A stretch of DNA of 64,000 nt, taken from the NCBI GenBank assembly GCA_964347045.1, contig CAYFXC010000001.1:64001-128000 (forward strand). The letters run 5' to 3'. Of the stretch, positions 58,413-64,000 are shown piece by piece. The notes under the pieces were generated by a model that had not been told where the DNA came from, ran no database searches, and worked only from the letters and a program-made list of their open reading frames with translations. Source of the stretch: an uncultured archaeon. Lineage in GTDB: Archaea > Asgardarchaeota > Hermodarchaeia > Hermodarchaeales > Hermodarchaeaceae. A program made the position numbers and the translations under genes. Numbering within the stretch: position 1 is the stretch's first letter; every line of letters starts with the position of its first letter.

Positions 58413-60605
58413 TTGCCAGAGCTTAATAGACTCGACCAAATACCAGGTGTTGGACCACGCCTCATACAGAAACTAGTAGATGTGTTTGGATCAGAAGATG
58501 CAGCCCTAAACATTATAACTAATGCACAGATTGCCACACTTGCTGGTATTCCAGGAGTGGGAAAGAAAAAAGCTCTAGATATCGTACAAGAAGCTTACGC
58601 TCTCCGGGAAGGGATTAGTGCATTTGAGGTATTGAAAACCGAAGATATTCAAGAGATTTACAGAAGAATTCTAACAATTATTCAATCCTATGCAAATAGC
58701 CAATTTGCTAAAGACAAATTATCTCTCTACTATCCATTACCTTCAACAAAAATCGCCATTATAAATCAGCGTTTAAAATGGTTTCAACAAGCAGAGGAAC
58801 TTGTGAAAAAGTGTTCCCAAAATCAACTCACTACCTTAGGAGCACTTCTTTCTAATGCTCGACCATTAAGACGCGGAACCAACCTTTCATTAGCAACTTG
58901 GAGGGTGATTCTAACTGATAACGATGCTGCATATCTACAAATGAAGCAATACAGTGCTGACAAAACTTCCAGAATTATTCAACTAAAACCGGGTGAACAA
59001 CTAGATGAGTATCTACAATCATACGATTATGTGATTGCATCACTTGAAATGGGTGGCATTAGTAGAGCTGTGGAAAATGCGGCAAACCTTGATTTACTTA
59101 AAAGCGAATTTACAATGGCAGATGTTTCACCTGAATCGATAATCTCTTTTTACGCCACCAACCATGAAACCATTTTGGCTATTTGTGCAGCTGCGGAAGC
59201 CATGGCTAAACTCCCGTCTACACCTGCCCTTCAAAGATTTATTGAGAAAATTGATCTTACATCCCTCAATAACCTAGTGGAGATAGTTGGAAAAATTACG
59301 AGTTCAGGAGACATCTCTGTTGGCGCAGATGCTGAATATGATCGTTTACGATCTGCATCACAGAAATTTGAAACAAAACTAAGTGAAACTGAAATTTGGG
59401 CCAATGATAAGATTCGTGATGAAATATCAAGTAGTCAGGTTGTGCTTGAAGGGGATCAAATAATCAACATTTTAGAAGCCACAACCTCTGAAGCTATTGG
59501 TGCAGAACAACTTCGCCAATATCTTCCACCTCAAGTTTTCGAAATTCTGGTTAATGCCTTACAGGAATCAGAAGATCAATTGGCAAAGACACTGCAACTT
59601 AAACGCAATGAACTCGAGTGGGTTGATGGTATCTTTTCACAGAGTGTTGCATTACCAATTCAGGCGAATCGCCAGCAAGCAAGTAACTTACAGAACAATC
59701 TACGAAAAGCGATGCATTCACGTGAACATAAATTAAAAACTGAAATTGCCATGAAACTAAGTAAATTCGAACACCCAATCAAGGATGCCGTACAAACATT
59801 ATTAGATTTTGATGTTTTTCAAGCCCTAGGTCAATTTTCTCGAGACTATAAACTCTCAGTTCCTTTAATTAATCCTAACGGCGTAGGGATTGCGTTTCAA
59901 GAGGGTCGTAATATCTTCTTAACGCATCAGGCTATTGAAGAAAAGCTCGAAGTTGAACCTGTCTCATATGCGATTGGAGAAAACGGTTGGGCACCTGAAG
60001 CCACTAGAGGAGAACGGGTTGTCCTCCTTTCAGGAGCAAACAGTGGTGGAAAAAGTTGCCTACTTCAAAATGTCGTGCAAGTAGCAATTCTCGCTCAAAT
60101 GGGAATGTTAGTACCAGCAGTAAAAGCGGAGGTTGGTATTTTCGATGAACTATATTATTATGCGAAAGCAACTGGAATGCTCTCTGCTGGGGCATTTGAA
60201 TCTTCGTTGAACAATCTTGCAAATATCGTCCTTAGTGATGCATCAAAACTTGCTTGCTTCGATGAATGGGAAGCAAGTACCGAACCCGGAGCCGCTGCAA
60301 AAGTAGTCGCTGCTGTTCTCGAACTCTTCTCAGAAAATCCTAATTCCTGTGTAATTTTTGTCTCACATTTAGCCGGAGACATTACAAAATTAGCTCGCGT
60401 TCCGATACGCGTTGATGGTATCGAAGCTACAGGATTAGATCCAAAACTCAATTTAATAGTGAACCGCTCACCTCAATTCGGTAAAATCGCGAAATCAACA
60501 CCTGAGCTCATTGTCGAAAGACTCTATCGATCTGCCAAAGATCAAAAACAAAGAATCTTTCATCGCATCCTTGAACTCGTCAGAGGATCCGGTACTAGCA
60601 ATTAA
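58413..60605 (+). CDS. Archaeal MutS-family ATPase with N-terminal HhH (MutS5-like)
   Basis: IPGVGP/IPGVGKK HhH, LSGANSGGKS, AQMG..VPA, AGAFES, DEWEASTEPG, VSHL; TTG start behind GGAGG. Confidence 0.88.
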   Translation: MPELNRLDQIPGVGPRLIQKLVDVFGSEDAALNIITNAQIATLAGIPGVGKKKALDIVQEAYALREGISAFEVLKTEDIQEIYRRILTIIQSYANSQFAKDKLSLYYPLPSTKIAIINQRLKWFQQAEELVKKCSQNQLTTLGALLSNARPLRRGTNLSLATWRVILTDNDAAYLQMKQYSADKTSRIIQLKPGEQLDEYLQSYDYVIASLEMGGISRAVENAANLDLLKSEFTMADVSPESIISFYATNHETILAICAAAEAMAKLPSTPALQRFIEKIDLTSLNNLVEIVGKITSSGDISVGADAEYDRLRSASQKFETKLSETEIWANDKIRDEISSSQVVLEGDQIINILEATTSEAIGAEQLRQYLPPQVFEILVNALQESEDQLAKTLQLKRNELEWVDGIFSQSVALPIQANRQQASNLQNNLRKAMHSREHKLKTEIAMKLSKFEHPIKDAVQTLLDFDVFQALGQFSRDYKLSVPLINPNGVGIAFQEGRNIFLTHQAIEEKLEVEPVSYAIGENGWAPEATRGERVVLLSGANSGGKSCLLQNVVQVAILAQMGMLVPAVKAEVGIFDELYYYAKATGMLSAGAFESSLNNLANIVLSDASKLACFDEWEASTEPGAAAKVVAAVLELFSENPNSCVIFVSHLAGDITKLARVPIRVDGIEATGLDPKLNLIVNRSPQFGKIAKSTPELIVERLYRSAKDQKQRIFHRILELVRGSGTSN

Positions 60606-61107
60606 GAGACTTTAATCGATTTACTCCATCGATTTCATCAATAAATTCAGCAATTATTTCAGGTACTAACGATTTCCAATCCTTATCTAAGAGCATCCTC
60701 CGGCGAATCTCACTACCAGAATGAGTTTTCTTTTTGAATGGTGAGATTTTTTCAACAGGGATATTCTTATTTGAAAAGAGGGCTGCACCGGTTTTTGAAC
60801 CAGTGTAAACAATTCCAAAGGATGGCACATACCGTTTAACATGATCTACCCAAAGAATGAAATTGTGCACATCTGGGACTGGAATTATCAAATATCTATT
60901 GCAAGGAACATCCAGTTCTTCAAGAACGAGTTGAATCATGGTAATGCGTTCTGCAGTAGTAAATGGGTTTTTGGGTGTAAATCCAGCTTGGGCACTTCCT
61001 ATGGCAATAAACACATGCTCTTCCTGCGAAAGAATTTCTTTCAAAGCGTGTAAATGACCATTGTGGAATGGTTGAAATCTTCCAATGAAAAGGCCAGGCT
61101 GTCTCAT
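60595..61107 (-). CDS. nadM: Nicotinamide-nucleotide adenylyltransferase
   Basis: GRFQPFHNGH, IGSAQ, NPFTTAER, SGSEIR. Confidence 0.95.
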   Translation of the reverse strand: MRQPGLFIGRFQPFHNGHLHALKEILSQEEHVFIAIGSAQAGFTPKNPFTTAERITMIQLVLEELDVPCNRYLIIPVPDVHNFILWVDHVKRYVPSFGIVYTGSKTGAALFSNKNIPVEKISPFKKKTHSGSEIRRRMLLDKDWKSLVPEIIAEFIDEIDGVNRLKSLNC

Positions 61108-61122
61108 ATGTATTCACCAAGT

Positions 61123-61704
61123 TTAGCTGATAATTGCCTTTTGATTAATCGTCCCATCACTGTTAAATGGCACACCTTCAGCTCTTAGAATTCTTGCTTT
61201 CTCTTTAGTTCCAGTTGTAGTTCCACCCAATTTTCCCAATCTACCATCGGAATGAATGACGCGATGGCATGGGATGGCCCATGGAACTGGATTAGTTCGC
61301 ATGACTGACCCTACACCGCGAGGAGATGAGTTGCTTTGTTTTGATAAACCTCCATACGAAATTACTTTGCCTCGTGGAACCTGTAGTAAATATTTCGACA
61401 CTGTTAGTCGAGCAGAAGACCAGTTTTTCAGTGAAATCTCGTCAAGAGAAAACGGTTGTCCATCACCTTGTAGAAGTTCTACGAGTCGAAATCCAATTTT
61501 TTGTGTTTTTGATGATAGGTTTGTTTCGTCAACCTCTTTAAAACGTTGTAAACGAATGAGAGTGTCCTTTAGTCTCCTCTTTGCCTGTTTTATAGATTGC
61601 TCGGACGAAGTACAGGCAACAAGTGTTCCAGTTGTTGTTTCTAGCGCATATGCTATCCATCGGTTGGGTGTTACTTGTACTGTATCAATACTAATTGTGG
61701 TCAT
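61123..61704 (-). CDS. ogt: Methylated-DNA--protein-cysteine methyltransferase
   Basis: VPRGKVISYG, PRGVG, NP..IPCHRV. Confidence 0.93.
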   Translation of the reverse strand: MTTISIDTVQVTPNRWIAYALETTTGTLVACTSSEQSIKQAKRRLKDTLIRLQRFKEVDETNLSSKTQKIGFRLVELLQGDGQPFSLDEISLKNWSSARLTVSKYLLQVPRGKVISYGGLSKQSNSSPRGVGSVMRTNPVPWAIPCHRVIHSDGRLGKLGGTTTGTKEKARILRAEGVPFNSDGTINQKAIIS

Positions 61705-61756
61705 TATGTAAGGACTTTAATTCAACCCTCTATAAAGAAATTCCAGTGACGAAAAA

Positions 61757-62824
61757 ATGGTTGTTGAAATTAATGGCTCTGTTTTGGAAGGGGGCGGCCA
61801 AATCCTTCGCTCAGCAATAGCGTTTGCTGCCGTTTTGGGTGAACATGTAGTTGTCAACGAAATTCGTGCAAAGCGAAAAATACCAGGTCTTCGCCCACAG
61901 CATCTGCATGGAATATTGGCCATTAAAAATCTAACAAACGCCCAAGTAAAAGGAGCGCACGAAGGTTCAACTCGTATCGAATTTCTTCCTCTAAATCGTA
62001 TAGGAGGTGATATTCATGTAAATATTGGCACTGCTGGTGCCATTACTCTAGTTCTTCAAGCGGTCATGATTGTTGCTCCATTTTGTGAACGACCAGTCAA
62101 AGCAACATTAATTGGTGGAACAAATGTTGCTTGGAGCCCACCCATTGATTACCTCCAAGCGATTTTCCTTCCAAGACTCAAACAAATGGGATATGTTGGC
62201 TCATTAGAAACTACAAAACGAGGTTATTATCCCCGAGGAGGCGGTGAAGTGAACGCAGTCATATCTCCCGTCATAAGGTTAGTCCCTCTTACTTTAGGCG
62301 AAGTCAAGGAAACACCAATAATAACGGGGATATCTCATTGTGGATCACTTCCTCGACATGTCGCAGAACGACAAGCTAAAGCTGCAACCAATATTCTCGT
62401 TGAAAAGAAATATCCGGTCAAAAAAATCACAATTGAACATAGTGAAAACACCTTTTCTCCTGGGAGTGGAATTTCTCTCGCTGCTCAAAATAATGGAAAT
62501 CGCATTCTCGGTGCAGATGCTTTAGGACGTCGCGGATTAAAGGCAGAAAAGGTAGGTGAAAACGCGGCCTTATCGCTTCTACAAGAATTAGCTACTTGTG
62601 CAGCTGTCGATCAATACCAAGCTGATATGCTCATTCCCTACCTCGCGCTCGCCAACGGAACCTCCTCAATCTATATAACAAATCTTACAATGCATACCAT
62701 TACGAATATCCATGTAGTGGAGCAGTTTTTAAACATCAAATTTGACGTTGACGGAGAGTTAAATTCCCCTGCACGCATTTCAGTTAATGGGACTGGTTTT
62801 GAAAGATCTGTAGCTTCTCAGTAA
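61757..62824 (+). CDS. rtcA: RNA 3'-terminal phosphate cyclase
   Basis: EGGGQILR, PGLRPQHL, GGTNV, RGYYPRGGG, HTITN. Confidence 0.96.
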   Translation: MVVEINGSVLEGGGQILRSAIAFAAVLGEHVVVNEIRAKRKIPGLRPQHLHGILAIKNLTNAQVKGAHEGSTRIEFLPLNRIGGDIHVNIGTAGAITLVLQAVMIVAPFCERPVKATLIGGTNVAWSPPIDYLQAIFLPRLKQMGYVGSLETTKRGYYPRGGGEVNAVISPVIRLVPLTLGEVKETPIITGISHCGSLPRHVAERQAKAATNILVEKKYPVKKITIEHSENTFSPGSGISLAAQNNGNRILGADALGRRGLKAEKVGENAALSLLQELATCAAVDQYQADMLIPYLALANGTSSIYITNLTMHTITNIHVVEQFLNIKFDVDGELNSPARISVNGTGFERSVASQ

Positions 62825-63821
62825 TCTTCTTTGATGTCAAAACGATGTCGTGAAAAACATAATCTACGCCTTCATGGGTTATTGCGCTGATAGCTGGAAT
62901 TTCATCATTGTCAATCAAATTGCGAGCACGTTGCACCTCTTTCGGAGAAGCAATATCCAGCTTGTTAATAACTGGAAAGATTTCTACTTCTGAAAACGTT
63001 TTCCGTATTTCATTGAATAATGCCACTTGACTAGCAAGCTCATAACCACAGGTCAAGGTTGGATCTATTAAGAAGATGATTATGTCCGCCAGGTATTGGA
63101 TTGCGGCTATTGCCCGTTGCTCAATGGGATTTCTATCTTTCATAGGACGGTCCAATAATCCTGGCACATCGAGGATTTGGCTTTCAGCTGAATTTATTTG
63201 AATGTGACCAACACTGATTTTTTTCGTTGTGAAGGGATATTCTGCAATCTCAGGGGTAGCCGAAGATAGAATTGCGACAAGCGAGCTTTTTCCCACATTA
63301 GGAAATCCTGCAATCACTATCACAGGAAGCTGTAAGTTAATAGATGGAAAACGTCGGTACTCTAAAGCGGCTTTTCGGATTAACATTAGGCGGGTATCTA
63401 TTCTTCGCATTACAGACGATATACGTCCATAGGCGGCGATTCTTATATTTCGGGCTTCTGATGGAGTTGAAACTTTTCGTAGATTGCGGTTTGCATCTCC
63501 GATAATTCTTCGGATAATTCGGACCGCCGAAGTAACAGAGGCAAGTGCTTGGCGAATATCGTCAATGGTTACAACGGTGTCAGCTAGTGTACGATAGAAA
63601 GGAGGAATATTGTCGAAATTTGGGAACCGCTTGACGACTTCTTCGAGCCTAGTTGCGAGAATGTCATTTACCTTGTTTAGTTTAGCAATTTCTTTCTCTC
63701 GAGCTCGAATATGAGGACGTTTTTTTGATTTGGGAAGCGTTACCTTTGAAGCTCTAGCGAAGGCAACATCAAGTAACTCTTTGGTATTTGGAATATATTT
63801 TAAGCCAGTAAATGGATTCAC
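62784..63821 (-). CDS. NOG1-family GTPase
   Basis: GFPNVGKSS, YPFTTK, DVPGLLDRP, NKLD. Confidence 0.93.
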   Translation of the reverse strand: MNPFTGLKYIPNTKELLDVAFARASKVTLPKSKKRPHIRAREKEIAKLNKVNDILATRLEEVVKRFPNFDNIPPFYRTLADTVVTIDDIRQALASVTSAVRIIRRIIGDANRNLRKVSTPSEARNIRIAAYGRISSVMRRIDTRLMLIRKAALEYRRFPSINLQLPVIVIAGFPNVGKSSLVAILSSATPEIAEYPFTTKKISVGHIQINSAESQILDVPGLLDRPMKDRNPIEQRAIAAIQYLADIIIFLIDPTLTCGYELASQVALFNEIRKTFSEVEIFPVINKLDIASPKEVQRARNLIDNDEIPAISAITHEGVDYVFHDIVLTSKKITEKLQIFQNQSH

Positions 63822-63902
63822 TTGTACTCACAACACTATTGGGAAGCAAGTCACAAAGATTTTTTAACTGCTTTCCTACGTTAGCAGGCAAGGGAATTAA
63901 AA

Positions 63903-64000
63903 ATGAGTGGCCAAAATGATTTAACGCCTTTCTTCGGTGCCGCCACCGTTGGAATCACATTCAGTAATGGTGTAGTTATAGGAGCAGAAAAACGGGTTCT
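63903..64000 (+). CDS. psmB: Proteasome beta subunit, 5' fragment (probably non-catalytic)
   Basis: MSGQNDLTPFFGAATVGITFSNGVVIGAEKRV matches G-TTTVG...GVV.A.D/EKR; truncated by the window end. Confidence 0.8.
   Translation, partial: MSGQNDLTPFFGAATVGITFSNGVVIGAEKRV

Overview
Core chromosomal region of an archaeon, most likely Asgard. The call rests on ribophorin-I and OSTC/DC2-like OST subunits, a roadblock + MglA-type GTPase cluster, a non-canonical EF-2 paralog, Rpo8, S25e and SmAP3; the class cannot be resolved from this window. The left end holds the replication origin (DP1, Orc1/Cdc6, four ORB elements interleaved with two small winged-helix genes). After it come hypF, an AAA+ ATPase / ribbon-helix-helix cassette embedded in five intergenic clusters of a 9-bp repeat, radB, carS, a second Orc1/Cdc6 with RFC, tfrAB and fumarate hydratase, cdrS-ftsZ, a Tad/type IV pilus locus, N-glycosylation genes and housekeeping genes. 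Two candidates stand out. (1) The EF-2 paralog is interrupted inside its RGITI switch-I motif by a 30-nt stop-containing insertion that folds as a bulge-helix-loop motif. Removing it at tRNA-endonuclease cut sites restores the frame exactly, so it looks like a tRNA-type intron in a protein-coding gene. All three tRNAs here also carry BHB-type introns, three of the four at non-canonical positions. (2) The origin-proximal AAA+ ATPase + RHH protein + 9-bp repeat module is organised like a DNA partition system but has no ParA. All protein assignments come from motif recognition by eye, not database searches.
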